A stretch of DNA of 63,945 bases, the filler included, from Hyphochytrium catenoides (Eukaryota; Protista; Hyphochytriomycota): the NCBI GenBank assembly GCA_900088475.1. It is 12 parts of 12 records of this genome, joined end to end, with 100 filler letters (N's around TTAATTAATTAA, not from the genome) between each part and the next. Parts side by side here need not be neighbours in the genome. Positions count along the whole stretch, not along the records: positions 1 to 3,218 come from FLMG01000764.1; positions 3,319 to 4,494 come from FLMG01003613.1; positions 4,595 to 15,416 come from FLMG01003953.1; 9 more parts are not named here. One strand, written 5' to 3'. The notes beneath the pieces are model-generated. The model ran no database searches. It was not told the DNA's origin and saw nothing but the letters and a program-made list of their open reading frames with translations. This document shows, piece after piece, positions 1 through 13,337 of this stretch. Within the stretch, counting starts at the first letter, position 1. The number at the start of each line of letters is the position of its first letter. The translations under genes and the position numbers were made by a program.

Positions 1-479
1 GGGGGGGGGGGGGGGCAGAGCCTCAGAATCCTAGGTCACCCACCCGAAAAGTTGAAAAAGACAGAGGGTTTGGATCTTCGTGACAGAGCCGGTCTTGTGA
101 AAAGACAGATCAGTAGTAATTCTTCTAGTTAAGGATTAGGAGATACATTGGGAGGTGGTCCAAGATAGGAGGAGAGATAGCAGAAAGAGAGACAGAGAGA
201 GAGAGAGTTAAATAAAACGAGAGAGAAATGCGAGAGAGAGGAGGGGAAAGGGAGAGAGAGAGAGAGAGACAGACAGAGATAGAGAGAGGGAGAGAGAAGA
301 GACACACAGAGAGAGACAGAGAGAGGGAGGGAGAGAGAGAGAGACATAGAGACAGAGAGCGAGAGAGAGAGAGAGAGAGAGAGACGTCATGATATGGACT
401 GGACGCAGTCGGGCTGTCCNNNNNNNNNNNNNNNNNNNNNNNNNNNNNNNNNNNNNNNNNNNNNNNNNNNNNNNNNNNN

Positions 480-523
<44 letters not shown>

Positions 524-1588
524 TGAAGAGACACGGACAGAGAGGGAGATAGGTAGATGAGGTGTTGGGCGGTAGAACTTTTGCCTGTAGAGATCCATGA
601 AAATGTCTGGCGCCGCTGATGATGGAGCTCAACAGAGACAGCGTCTATCGGTCCTCTCTCTCTCGCTCGCTCGCTCTCTCTCTTCCTCTTTCCTCTCTTT
701 CTCTCTCTCTTCGCTGTAAGCCTCTCGCTGTCTCCCTCGCTCTCGCTCTCCATCGCGTTTAGAGTGTTGATCAAATATCTGAAGACCCGACATTGAGGGG
801 AAAGAGAGAGACACGGAGCTCTGAAATATTGCTTTGGAAGTACATTGTGGGCCTTTCATGATGGGAAAGGTGGAGCATCCAGGTCGAAGACAAGAGAGAG
901 AGAGAGGCCGCAGTCAGAAGAATCTAAGAACGGAGAGAGAGAGAGCGAGAAGAAACAGAGAGAGAGTAAGCTGAGCAGGAGGAGAGAAAGAGAGAGAGAG
1001 ATGAGAGAAGATACTAGCTCTCCATTGTGGCTCGCTCCACCCAGAGAGATCTTTTCAAAATAATAAAGAAAAGGAAAGACAGAAAGAGTCTGCCATGGAG
1101 AACTCAGAAGAGAAAGAGAGAAAGAAGAAGTTTGTCTCCATACATCCGCTCTCTCTCTCTCTCTTCCTCTCTTCACTGATTGTTGATGTCCACTCACTGT
1201 CTCCTTCGTCATCTCTTGCTCTCATCTCCTCTCTCTCTCCCTGTAGTGTCACTCTTTCATCAAGCTCGTTTCTCTCTCTCTTTGTCTCCCTCTTCTCTCT
1301 CTTCCTGAGTCTCTCTTCTACATTCTAGATCTCCCGCCGCCTAAGTGTAAAAGAGAAGTCTCTCTCTCTCCTGTCACTTCGTAATCTTCCGCCCAACGCC
1401 AACCACCACGAAGAAGCAGCAAGACACTATCCAAGAAGAAGACACTCTCTCTCTCTTGCTCTTTCTCTTTTCTCTCTTGTCTGCTTCTGCTGATAGAAAC
1501 AGCAAAGGGAAGAGAAGAACTTCAGCGGCTTGCTCCAAGAGAGAAGAGAAGAGAAGGAAAGAAGGAGAAAGAGAGAAAACGCAGCGCA

Positions 1589-3218
1589 ATGTATCTCCGT
1601 CATCTTCTCTCTGCCGTCCTTCTTCTCGCGCTGACCGGAGCTCAAGCCATCGAGACAGAGCCGTCAAATGGCTCCGGTGGGCGGTACATTGTCTACGTAG
1701 AGAGAGACGCCGAGCCAGCCGTCAAGCGAGGAAGAGGACCAGCTGCGGCTAACAAGCAACATGAAGCGTCGGTCGACCAGGTGATTGAGGCTCAGCAAGG
1801 GCTGAAGAAGGTGCATGACCTCGGCTCTATCGCTGCTAAAGCTGTGGAGATAGACGATGAGAGCGCGCTTGCCGCTCTGTCTTCTCTTCCTGGCGTTGTG
1901 AAGATAGAGAGAGATGTACCTCGCTATCCTGTCGGCGTGTCTCTCTCTTCTTCTCTCTCTTCTCGTCACCTCCGCGCCTCCATGCTCAAGAGGAAACTGC
2001 AGATTCCTTGGACGTATGGCACGAAGCTCATCGGGGCCGATGTCGCGCCTTTTAACGCTGGAGCTGCAGGTCCTAGCGCGCTGAAGGTCTGCGTGATGGA
2101 CTCCGGAATCCTGACGGGCCATCCTGGACTGGCCGGGATCCCTTTCAGTGGCGGCCCTGAAGGATTTGTGGATGGATGCGGCCATGGGACGCACGTTGCA
2201 GGCACTGTGGCTTCAAAGGGCCAAGGCTTTGGCGTGGCCGATGGCGTGGCCGTCCATTCTCTCAGAGTTCTTGGTCCGATGCAGTCCGATGGGCGCTGCT
2301 ACTGGGCCTACGCCTCAGACCTCATCGCAGCTGCAGAAGCGTGCAAGAATGGCGCTGGATCATCGAAAGTGATCATCAACATGAGTCTAGGCGGACCCGC
2401 CTCCTCCTCTGCAGAAGAAGAAGCGTTCCGCAGGCTGTTCAGCGATGGCGTGCTGAGCATCGCCTCTGCAGGAAATGAGGGCAACACAGCTCTAGGCTAT
2501 CCAGCTTCTTATGAGAGCGTCATCTCTGTGGCCGCAGTGGACAGCAGCAAAGCTCTTGCAGACTTCTCACAGCGCAATGCTCAGGTAGATATTGCCGCTC
2601 CAGGTGTGCTCGTCTACTCCGCGTACCGGAACAATCAGTTTAGCTATCTTTCGGGCACTTCTATGGCTGCGCCGCATGTCTCAGGCGCGGCGGCCACTGT
2701 CTGGAGCTACAATCTTGGCTGGACCAACGCCCAGGTCCGGGATGCGCTCTTCCAGACTGCTGAAGATCTTGGCAGCGCTGGGAGAGACGATAGCTATGGC
2801 CACGGCTTGCTAAATGTATGTAAGGCCGCCAAGCTCGCTGGCTTTGACCCTAACAACGCTGTCAAATGCCCAGGAGAGGTCGCTCCACCGCCTTCTCCTC
2901 CTCCTACGGCTCCTCCGACTGCGCCGCCCACTGCTCCTCCGACTGCACCGCCCACTGCTCCTCCTACTGCGCCGCCCACAGCTCCGCCGACTGCACCGCC
3001 CACAGCTCCTCCTACTGCGCCGCCCACAGCTCCTCCGACTGCCCCTCCCACAGCTCCTCCGACTGCGCCGCCCACAGCTCCTCCTACTGCACCGCCCACA
3101 GCTCCTCCTACTGCACCGCCCACAGCTCCTCCTACTGCACCGCCCACAGCTCCTCCTGAGCAATGCAGCGCATTAGAAGAGAACACTGACTATGTAAACA
3201 ATGACATTGCCAACGTTC
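1589..3218 (+). CDS. Secreted subtilisin-like serine protease (S8): signal peptide, prodomain, catalytic domain, Pro/Thr stalk and start of a PAN/Apple domain; intronless, 3'-truncated by contig end
   Basis: Hydrophobic N-terminus (MYLRHLLSAVLLLALTGAQA). S8 motifs VMDSG (Asp), HGTHVAG (His), AGNEG (oxyanion Asn), GTSMAAPHV (Ser). Then (PPTA)21 and CSALEENTDYVNNDIANV. The listed stop at 3274 is in the artificial linker. Confidence 0.95.
2900..3151 (+). repeat. Coding 12-bp tandem repeat, 21 x PPTA
   Basis: 252 bp of CCN CCN ACN GCN. Codon usage alternates, giving a 24-bp higher-order unit. Confidence 0.95.
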
Positions 3219-3318
3219 NNNNNNNNNNNNNNNNNNNNNNNNNNNNNNNNNNNNNNNNNNNNTTAATTAATTAANNNNNNNNNNNNNNNNNNNNNNNNNN
3301 NNNNNNNNNNNNNNNNNN
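3219..3318. other. Artificial contig spacer (N44-TTAATTAATTAA-N44), first of 11
   Basis: Identical six-frame-stop 12-mer flanked by N runs at 3263, 4539, 15461, 25175, 47138, 49090, 56096, 57754, 58981, 60767 and 62790. Confidence 0.97.
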
Positions 3319-4248
3319 AGAGAGAGAGAGAGGAGAAGAGTGTGTAAGTGACGGATTGGAAGTGGAAGACAGGCAGGACTGGGTAGAGAGAGAGAGAGAG
3401 AGGAAGTTAGAGAGATATTGAGGGACAGTGTGGAAGAGAGAGCGGAAACAGAGTATCCAGTGTTTAGTTGTTGAGACTAGGAATGCTGACGCACTAGATA
3501 AATTGACAAAAAGATGCAGGAAGTTTCTTAGAGACAGCCGGTAACGGCGGTCTACCGTTGTCCGATGTAATACTGCTGTTGCCCTTCCTGTGTAGTGTGT
3601 GTTATTCCGTTAGCGGCCTCCTTCACGTGGGATGCTATGGGTTTGGTGCGTTGAGGAAGAATCAGAGGAAGATGTGAGACAGAGAACGACAAGGCATTAT
3701 TTAGACAGAGGGAGTAAGAGATGGTTGGAACACCATGAGATGGAAGCTCTAGAGATAAGACGATAGCGACAATGGGGAAGCCTTCAGGATGCCGCTTCCT
3801 TGCCTCTTCCTTTGGCCTCCCTCATGCCCATCATCACGGCCCACACCGCTCCTGCTCAGACACCAAGGCTGCACTTGCTCAACCTCTCTGTTTATCGCGC
3901 CTCAGAAGTCACTGTTAAAGCTGTCTTGCCCTGTCAACAGCGCTACTTCCGCTCATCAAGCACTGAGGACCGAGAGCAAAGCACGCAACTCTACCCCGGA
4001 AACCAAGGAAGAAGTGATAGCTTTATGGTCCCTTCTGCCTTGAGGGCGCTGTCACGACCTTCTCCCAACTCCTACTTACGCTCTAGTTAGGTCTTTTTTG
4101 AGCGGTCTACCCTACGTTCCTTCGTCGCTCTCCATCCCTCTACAGCTCCCTTCCTAATCAATAGCTATTCTCTTGTTCTCTTTGATATTGCTCATTCTTT
4201 TCTTCCCCCGTCCCCTTCATCTTATTGAACTTATAACTTGCCAGTACG

Positions 4249-4483
4249 ATGGTCAACCTTCCTCCTGGGTGGAGACAGTCAAAATTGACTGTCTTGGCAG
4301 GTATTGTAGGCGGGCTGGTCGTTGCTCGGGCCATACAACGACGCTTTGCCTCAAAGGCGATAGCAATGACAGTTCCAACAATAATCTTCAGCAAGTTTCT
4401 CAAGGATGTTGAGGAAGGGAGAATTCACAAGGTACTGATGGGAGGCAATGAGTTCCTCGTCTACCTTAGAGAGCATTCCCCAG
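4249..4483 (+). CDS. Probable FtsH/AAA metalloprotease N-terminal exon (TM plus extramembrane domain); partial
   Basis: TM segment LTVLAGIVGGLVVA followed by IIFSKFLKDVEEGRIHKV, matching the FtsH 'SxFLxxVxxGxVxxV' pattern. Exon ends CCAG|GTACGT. AAA domain not visible before the contig ends. Confidence 0.5.
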
Positions 4484-4594
4484 GTACGTTGGGANNNNNN
4501 NNNNNNNNNNNNNNNNNNNNNNNNNNNNNNNNNNNNNNTTAATTAATTAANNNNNNNNNNNNNNNNNNNNNNNNNNNNNNNNNNNNNNNNNNNN

Positions 4595-7500
4595 ATGAAA
4601 TACATTTTCAGGTTCCGCTGGTTCAAGTTGGCGCACAGGTTTGCATACATCTGTACAAGGCACATGTGAGATCACGCAGTCCATGTTCCTGGTTCTACTA
4701 TCACGGATTGTACATCTATCTATATCTACCCCCTTCACGCTGTCGTTTAGTCGTTGGTCAGACTTCCGCACAGGACCCAAGAATCTCTTCTTTCCACGTC
4801 ATTTTCCTAACTTTTTTTCTCCCTGCAATCTTCGATGGTCCTAAACCTGCAGCAGTACCTCCCTCTCTCTAGTCCTTACCTCTCCGAAGTTTGGCTCGCC
4901 GAGCGCCTTTTCAAAAACGAGAGAGATGATAGTCTTCAAAATCTCAAAGCTCTCGATAGGAATGTCGCACAGCTGCTGGGACAGGCGGTCGAACTTCTCG
5001 ACTGTCATCTTGTTCAAGATACCTCGCACTTCCTTTTGAGCCTTTTCTAGAGCGCTGGTTGCACGTGAAGGCATCCAACTACACAGAAGGGATGTAAGCG
5101 AGGAGAAGGAGGACGAGAGAGAGAACGAAAACCATTCAAGTGAGTCGCTCCACTGCCCCTTGGACAATATGCAATGTCTGACTTCGAACGGTAATAGGTT
5201 GGAGGCAAAGGAAAGTGCCCCAGAGATCTAACAAGAAGCTGCAAGAAAAGAAAAGAGGAAGACAGGGTATGGACAAGAGATGACAGACCCCTTTGAACTT
5301 CTCCTAAGTGGCTCTACAGGCTCATCTCCGTAACCCACAGGGCCCTTGCCAGCGAATCCCTTGGGACCACCTCTGCCGCTGTCTTGGCGTTTGGGAGGTG
5401 GGGGCGGTAGAGCTTGCTTGACCCACATATCGCCCTGAGAGCCTAGAAACAGAGAGACAGAGGGAAAATGGGGCACGTCTGAGGAAGAGCCCGAAAGTAC
5501 GTAAGACCGGCACGTAGAGAAACACTCAGCAGGAGGACAAGTTTGGCTCTCATGGTGAGTCGGAAAGGCATAGAAAGAACTTGTAAGCCGACGAAGAAGG
5601 GAAATGGTGTGGAGACTGATCACACGGCATGAGAGATAGCTGGCTTGCCTGCTGGTGGCTGTGGTCCCTTCGTCTGTGACTGTCTTCGTGGTGGCGGCTG
5701 TGCCATAGGCGTCCTCTTCCAGGAATCTCCGCCGCCTGAAGCCGTGCCAGAACCTATATCCATTCAAGAGTGAGAAAGACCGCCAGTAGCCCATTGAGTT
5801 CGCTTTGAGGAAGAGAGCGTGTGTCCTAAGCTCAATCAGAAAGCACAAAGTCTGACTGCAGAAGATACACGGGAAGATGCTTCTATCTCTTATTGTACAC
5901 CGCTGCTTCTTAGGTCTCTCTCACCCTCCTTCCGCACAAGTGTTCTCTTTTTCCAGAAAAACTTCCCTTCCTTGCTCTATCTCGTACCTCTTCTTCCAAA
6001 GCCTCCTCCTGCTTGCTCGTCTAGCATCAGGTCCATGGAAAGCCAGCCATTTTCTAAAGTAGCTTCCTCGGGCAAATCTGTGTAGAGCTCCTTGAAGGCT
6101 AACAGTTCGGCGTGCGTATAGATAATCTTCAGCACGCCTGGGCCCTTTGTTTTTGTCGCAGGGAGCGACGATGGCTGCCGAAGACAGAACGTGGAAAAGG
6201 AATGAAGTGAGCATTGGCCATGAGAAATAACGTCAAAGAGGAAGGAAAATTGATGACGGCGGCCCAAGAGGCCACGCTGCATCATGAAGTAAAGTCCGCC
6301 CTTCAGGTAGTTCAATGCTGATATAGAATGAGAGGGGGACAAAAAGGGGAAGATAGTAAGATACTCACCAGTCCTCCATCTTCCCGAGGCTTGTCTCCTA
6401 TGGAGAGGAAGATAAGAAAAGGTGGTAAGAGAGCAGGCCAAAATGCCAAAAATGAGGACAGAGGGGGTGCGGAACTACGCAGCTAAAAGTTAGTACGGAA
6501 TAGGCGAGATATCATAAGGTAGAGAGAGAGAAGAGGAAAAAGCAATGCCATGATAGAGACCAGCCAGAAGCCAGAGAGAGACATGGAGGAAGAGAGAGCG
6601 TCAACAAGCTCTTGGAGGGCGAATGGGAGCAGACATCTCCGAGAGCAAAAGGCTATCCTTACCCTTGATAAGTCCATTACCAGGTTTCTTTGGGGAGCCG
6701 GGGCTGCGAGCGGGTGAGCCCGGGGCTGGACTTTGCGCTCTCTTAGGTGAAGTGATCTCCTTTTCTCTTGGTGCAGGAGATGCAGACCGGGTGGTACGCT
6801 TTGGCGAGGATGGAGTAGGCTCAGCTGGTTCTGGAGATGGAGAAGCTCTTCGAGGAGACAGAGGAGAAGGAGAGACAGATGGAGAGGGAGTCTCCTTTAC
6901 TGGCTGAGGCTTGGAAGCGGGTGGTCCAGGAGGAACAGTTCCCTTCTTTGGCGAAGACGGAGCTGCAGCCTTCTTTGGCGATGATGGAGCTGGCGCCTTC
7001 TTTGGTGACGACGGAAGAGGGGCTTTCTGCTCCTGTTTCGGCTGACTCTTTGCCGACGATTGAGGCGGGGAAGTGACTTGTGCGGCGCTCTTAGCTGGNN
7101 NNNNNNNNNNNNNNNNNNNNNNNNNNNNNNNNNNNNNNNNNNNNNNNNNNNNNNNNNNNNNNNNNNNNNNNNNNNNNNNNNNNNNNNNNNCAGCTTTCGC
7201 GGGCTCAGTCGGGGCCTTCGTCGCCTTTGGCGAAGTCACAGCAGGTGCACTCTTTGCCTGGGTTGCAACTATATATATAACGCCAACAAGCATGCAATAA
7301 AAGTGTATGAGAGGAGGCAAGCGATAGTAAGCAGAGGAGGCACCCTAGAGTGAACTTAGATTAATGTGGAGAGTCGGAAGCAAGAAACAGAGAGCGCGTA
7401 TCTCCTGATGGCCCCACCGAGGAATAGCTGTATGGTTATCGTGGCGAATAATTTTTAACCCCTAAAGATCGACCACACCGTCCTCACACAATCTATGCCT

Positions 7501-10500
7501 GAAGAAAGCCGAGCTACTTACCCTTTGATGGACTGACCCTCGGTGATTGCTTGGAGGTGATAGTCTTGCCGGCTGGTAAGCGGAAAAGGGAAAGAGAGAC
7601 ATAGAGAAGGGAGAAAGAGCAAAAAAGGAAGAAGAAGTGCGTTAGTATCTGACAAACAGCCGCAGCCTTTCAGCATTCCCAGAACCAGTCCATCACTTTC
7701 GCCCAGTCGTTGAGCCATTCCTTACGTGGCGACATAGAGCCCGATGCTGGCACGGTGCCGAAGAAGATTTCTCCTACTGCCTCCTCAGAAGTGGCGGCTG
7801 GGGCAGAGCCAGCAGGCTCCTTAGGACGAGCCGGAGAAGCCACCAAGGGCATTCCCGGAGATCCAAGGAAGACGGGAGGATGACCCGGAGACCGTTGCAC
7901 GCTTGAATCCGCGGGAGAGCGAGAGGGAGAAGCGGATACAGCCGCTGTCCCAGCAGCAGCTGCCGCAGCCGCTGCCGCCGCTAAGAGTGGGTAAACCAGG
8001 GACCAGGTGAGCAAGCAATAACATTGGAAGAGCGTTTGCTGTCGATCAGAGAGGGCACAGAGAAGAGGACTTTTGGGAGACTATTGGTCAACATAGTGGC
8101 AAGCGATGTCTGGAAGTGTAGTTAGGACACACACCTTCTGCCTGCGCTGCCTCCTGCTCAGACTTCAACTTATCACAGCGCTAGAAGTGAAAGGCAGCTG
8201 GTCACTAGGATGCTGGGGATAGGCTTGGGCCAGAGGAGTACAAGAGAGATAAAAAAGAAGAAGGAGAAACGTGGAGCAAGTGCAAGTCTTTCAGGTGGCA
8301 AGGTTTCCATACCGCCTTGGACTCAGGGAGTTCTTCTCCAGTCTTGTTAAAGATTCTTAAGGCTTTACTACTGCGTTTCTGTGGCCGGCAATGGAAAGAC
8401 AAGAGAATTAGATCATGACAACAGTCCTATTCTGCTCCTTTCTCCTCTCTACTTTCTTAACGCAGCAGCCAAAGACAAGCCGCCTTTATCCCTCTAGCTA
8501 CTCTACTCCTCCTCCACCTTCCTCTGTCTTCGCTACTAATTCTGACCCTAGCCCTTTCTCCTTCTAATTATCTTACCACAGGCGCCACTACTGGGTGTTG
8601 ATGAACAGGTGGAGGGGGCTGAGGAGCTGCCATATACGGCGCCGCGTAGCCGGGAAGCATATAGGCGCCCTCCATGTACATTGGGTGCGGCATGGGATAC
8701 TCAGGGACACCAGGAATGGCCCCACGAGGTACGAAGGTTTGTACTTGAAGGACGAAAAGGAAAGCGGGAAGAGGTGGTCGAAGAGAGTAAGACGAGTACA
8801 GGCCCCACTTTTAAGGAGAAAGGCGAGGAAGAGAAGAGGTGACAGACAACCACTTGGTCGTAAAGGGAGATAGACCTTCTATCGAACCGCTGACAAAGAG
8901 AGACCTCACTAATGCGGGAGAGGCAGTCAAGAACTAGTCAAGAAGCAAAGCACACGCGGCTGGAGGAAAGTCCAGGGAAGCAGGAGGATTCAGAGAGCAA
9001 CAGAAGCTTCAGAAGAGATATCTTAGAAGAGATCAAGGTTCACCTGCACCTCTTGGCTGCTGCATTCCTCCTCTTCCTCTACCCTGACTTCCGCTTCGGT
9101 TGCGGCCTTGGTGTTGCTGAGGGGGAATGCCCGTTTGTGGCTGACCCTGGGGCACAAAGGGTTGTGCCTGAGGGACAAAGGGCCGTCCAGCCGCAGAGAG
9201 AGCGGCAGTCATGTCTACGTAGGGATATTGGGGATACTGGGAAAAAGAGGCGAATGAAATGGCAAGAGTGTGGTTAGGAGGGAATGGCAAAAGAGTAGCC
9301 AGGCGTATTGGACAACCCGCAGCGGATAGAAGAATGAAGATGAGTAAAGAGAGCTACGGAGGCAGACGTTGAGATGGGTCTCAGGTTGGGAGAATAGAGC
9401 AGAAAGAGATAGACCAGGGGCCCTTTTAAAAGGCAATTGGAGGCAGATATAGTGTTTTGCGAGAGATCATTCTCAGTCTCACAGTTGTCTTACCCTAGGA
9501 TAGCCCGCAGCAACAGGATATCCTGCAGTCGCTGGCGGCGCAGAAGCGGTGCGTGCAGGGATCCCTTGCTATAGATGGAGACACAGTGTCAAGATGCAGG
9601 CAAGAGGTAAAAGAAGAAGAAGATACGAGAGTCAAATAAGGAGTCCACCAATCAAACGGAATACCCAGCATGGTAATCACCTCAGGTGGGATGTATACGG
9701 GTTGATGAGGGTAAGCTTGCTCTGCAATGAAGAGGGAGAAAGGCATTGTTGGTTAGAATCTGCGCTTGTCAGCATCCTGTCTCTCTCTTGACAGGGAAAC
9801 CGGCTAGCCCCACTGAGAGACTAAATTGCTCATCAACAACGCAGCTGTTTAGTAAGAAAGAGAGTGAAAATCCCCTAGCCCAAACAAATAAGCCACAAGG
9901 AAAGACAAGGCAAGGAAAGGGAAAGACCACGCTTGAGGAATAGCGGACAGGGAGAGAGCGGACTAACCAGGCCCTCGATTGGGAGGGTGGGCCCCTCGGG
10001 TCTTTGACGGAGTACCAGATCCTGTGCTGAGAAGTTAAGGAACATTGCGGGATAGAGGGAGCAGAGGAGTCCGGGAGGGACAAAGAAGTGTGGAGAAGTC
10101 TGGAAGGGACGAAAGATAAGAGATGCTGAAAAGAGAGATCAGTAGGGAAAGAGGATGACGAGAGGGGCAAGAGGAAAGAGGAAACAAGAGAGAAAGGACG
10201 GTTGGCGCTTTCTAGTCTAGGAGATAGAGGGATAGAGGGGTAGTCAGATAGGTTTTAGACTTTCTAGGCTGGGTGGAAGAGGATATCTGTTGCTCATCTT
10301 GGTACCCGCGAAGGAGTGATTGCTGCCCTGATCTTAACGCTGTAAGCAGAGGCAGAGCAAACTACTCATATTGCAGGCGTAGCCTACCGAGAAAGAGGAA
10401 CAATTGTCAGGGATTAAGAGAGAGATAGGGCAAGGAGTACATGGAGCTCAGAGGCAGTGAGTCCAGGAGAGAGAGCGTGTGAAGCAGACTCGGGACAAAA

Positions 10501-10890
10501 TAAGAAAGAGAAGCGGGAAAGGAAGAAAGAGAGAGAAAGAGGTTCGGCGAGTGTGTTAGACCAGGGCTCTGTGCACACCTGCTGAGTCTTATAGCGAGAG
10601 AACCTTCTTCAGAGGCTGGACACACATGGGCGATCAGAACGTCAGTGCCGGTTGGCAGAGAAAGAGATGAGCCAAAGAAAGGGAAGGGCTTGCGCAGGGG
10701 ACAGAGAGACAAGAAGCGACAGAAAAGATAGACTTCACCCTATCACGGCTTGGACCGAAGAAGATACAAAGATACACCAGGAGCTAGGATTGTCATTGAC
10801 TAAGTAGCAGTAGAGAACTAGAGAACATTTGAGAAAGGAAGGACGGGACGTTTGCTTTCAATGAGAGACCAACGCAGACGCATTCACCAT
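4595..10890 (-). CDS. eIF4G: Translation initiation factor eIF4G, multi-exon, 3'-truncated; 5' end uncertain
   Basis: MIF4G start KEVRGILNKMTVEKFDRLSQQL...LVFEKALGEPNFGE|MYANLC (about 5080-4600). eIF4E-binding YxxxxLL motif YTHAELL (about 6120-6100). KRSSKALRIFNKTGEE motif (about 8380-8330). Pro/Ser/Gln-rich N-terminal exons with GT-AG boundaries up to about 10020; ATG|GTGAAT at 10890 is only a candidate start. Confidence 0.9.
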
Positions 10891-11165
10891 GTCTTTTGCA
10901 TACCTCTCGCCGCAGAGATTAATAGAGACAAGGGGAATCTATCTCAGCTCCAGCTGCGCTAAGCAGGCAGGTTATGGAGAGGGACGGAAAGGGAGAGAAA
11001 AAAGAGGGAGAGAACTCAAGTTCCTCCTCTTTGTACTGACTGAGGAAGGCTGATAGCACCACAGCTCTCTGCACCCCAGAGACACACGACCGAGCTGCAC
11101 AGAGATTCTTCCCCTTTAGATTTCTGCTTTTTTGCGGCGCTGGAGAGAGAGAGAGACNNNNNNNN

Positions 11166-11198
<33 letters not shown>

Positions 11199-11726
11199 AG
11201 AGAAGCAGGTGGCCAAGAGAAGAAAAGGAGCGGAGGAGATTTGTGAAGAGCTGGGGGAGCCAACAATTAACACTCAGACCTCCCCCTGGAGAAGACAGGA
11301 CAGAGTTACGTTGTACCCAGCACACAAAAGCCAACAGAGGCGGCTACAGTTTGAGACAGAGCCTTACGAGATATCCAGAGGGCCTGAAGATCATGATCTT
11401 ATAGTGAAAATAGAGGAATCTGAGCGAAACAGAGTGAGGGAGATGCTGCCAGGAAAGTGAGAGAAAGTGGCCAGAAGAGAGACAACGCAAGACAGAGCGG
11501 GCGAGGAGTAGAGAAAACGGAAAGAGAGAGGAGTGAGAGGAGACAAGAGAGAAAGAGATAAAAAAGAGATATGGAGTACATAGAAAGAGAGAGAGAGGAG
11601 AGAAGAGAGAAAGAGATAGAACGGATAGAGAGGTAGAAGAGATACAGAGACAGAGATACAGAGAAAGAGATACAGAGAAAGAGAAGGAGCAAGAGAGAGA
11701 GCAAGAGAGAGGGAAAGGGGGAAGAG

Positions 11727-11762
<36 letters not shown>

Positions 11763-11765
11763 AGA

Positions 11766-11805
<40 letters not shown>

Positions 11806-13337
11806 CGATGACAACTACTACTACAATCATTGAGCCGAAGTCAATCATCGGACAAGCTGCACGCCCCCAGACCACAGCTTTGTGGTGAGAGACCACACTA
11901 TTTTACAAACACACATCATCTAATAGCTAATCCCTGTATAATAACAGTAATTACCTCACACACACCACTCATGGCACCTCATCTTCGTGTATTATTGGTC
12001 GACAGAAGGAACGTCCCCCATAACTCTTATATGCGGACCCACTGTCATCCTCTATAGTATCTAACGACCCTCTGACCCTCAGGAAAGGGTTGGATTTCAC
12101 AGGCACAATAAGCTCGTCAGTGATGGCAGGAAGGATGAGCTGATCATGTGCTGTTGTTGGTTGCTGCTGGGATGATCTGGCGCTCTCCGTTGAGCATGGC
12201 GCTCCTCTCTTCTACGTGTTTGTCATAGTTCTACTCGTACAGGCTCATCGGTTTCCTAGAATGCTCTTTCATTGACAGCAAAGCTCAAAACTTGCCGCTA
12301 CTACTAACTACTGTTTATCGTGATCGTTGGTACAGTTGTGCTTGAAGGTACTCCTTTATATTGCACTAATCAGAGAGTGTTCCTGCTTTCTACTAGGGGT
12401 AGCCACTGACTGCCTAAGCTAGCTCGCGGATTGCCAATATCTGATAAAGATGACATTAGAAGCCTAAGATCGTCTTGCATGCTGATTCTCAGTCTACGTT
12501 TGGCTTCTCACTTGCATACGTTTTACCAAGAAGTCAGTCGACGATACCTCTCTGTGATGAGTCTAGGCCTCTATAACAAAAATTAGATATCGATGCAGCC
12601 GTCGCGAAAGAGGCAAAGGATTAGAAAGGACGATGCAGTACCTACGGCGAGGAAGTAAATTCTAAGGGTACGTACTCTGTTATCGATGAGTAGCTCCCAT
12701 TTGAGGCATAAAAAAGAGTGATAGCATGCAAGAGCCCGCCGGCGTAAGGGTTGTTGGTACCTAGCTTCATAACTTACTTCTTCAAAAAGGACATAATCTG
12801 CTAAATTCTTCCCTGTCACATTGTGTGACAAGAAAAAAAGGCGTTGGTAGCACCACCTCACTTTCTTCCATGATGGACATCCTTCTTTCTTCTCGCATCG
12901 ATGCTAGACCGTTAGTTTAGCTAAAATAGTCAAAGATCTGCTCTTCTTGTTCACTATTCCCCTCTCTACTATCACTGCTCAAGTGCTTCTGGCTATAATA
13001 TCTCAACCACCACTATCATTCCCCACTATCCTTTGAGCTTTATAATGAGGGAACTACCGGTGTAAGTAAGCAACCACCCTCCTTTCTCCTTGAGCTATTC
13101 TGCTAGTAGTACAATGTTGACGGGAGAGACCTCCCCTTTCATTATTAGGGCTCTTTAGCACCAGCTCTTATCGTGAAGGTACCTTCTTCTTCGCTCTTTC
13201 TTCTGTCTTCATCCTTGTGTCTCTGCCCCGTTGCGCCGCCGGCTACCTTCCTTTCTCAGCTCCGCTCTCCACTGCATACATGCTGCCCCTGCTGCTGTTC
13301 GGCTGCTCGGCTGCTGCTGCTGCTGCCCTCTCCATCA

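Noticed and set aside
60-90. Similarity of AGGGTTTGGATCTTC to 12086-12100
   Set aside because: Too short and gapped to exceed chance.
125-1500. Many SLSLSL / RERERE ORFs here and at 11-12, 17, 21-25, 54-56 and 61-62 kb
   Set aside because: Translations of (AG)n microsatellites, which lack stop codons.
2794-3186. Antisense and alternative-frame ORFs (GGAV)n, (RRSCG)n
   Set aside because: Shadows of the PPTA coding repeat.
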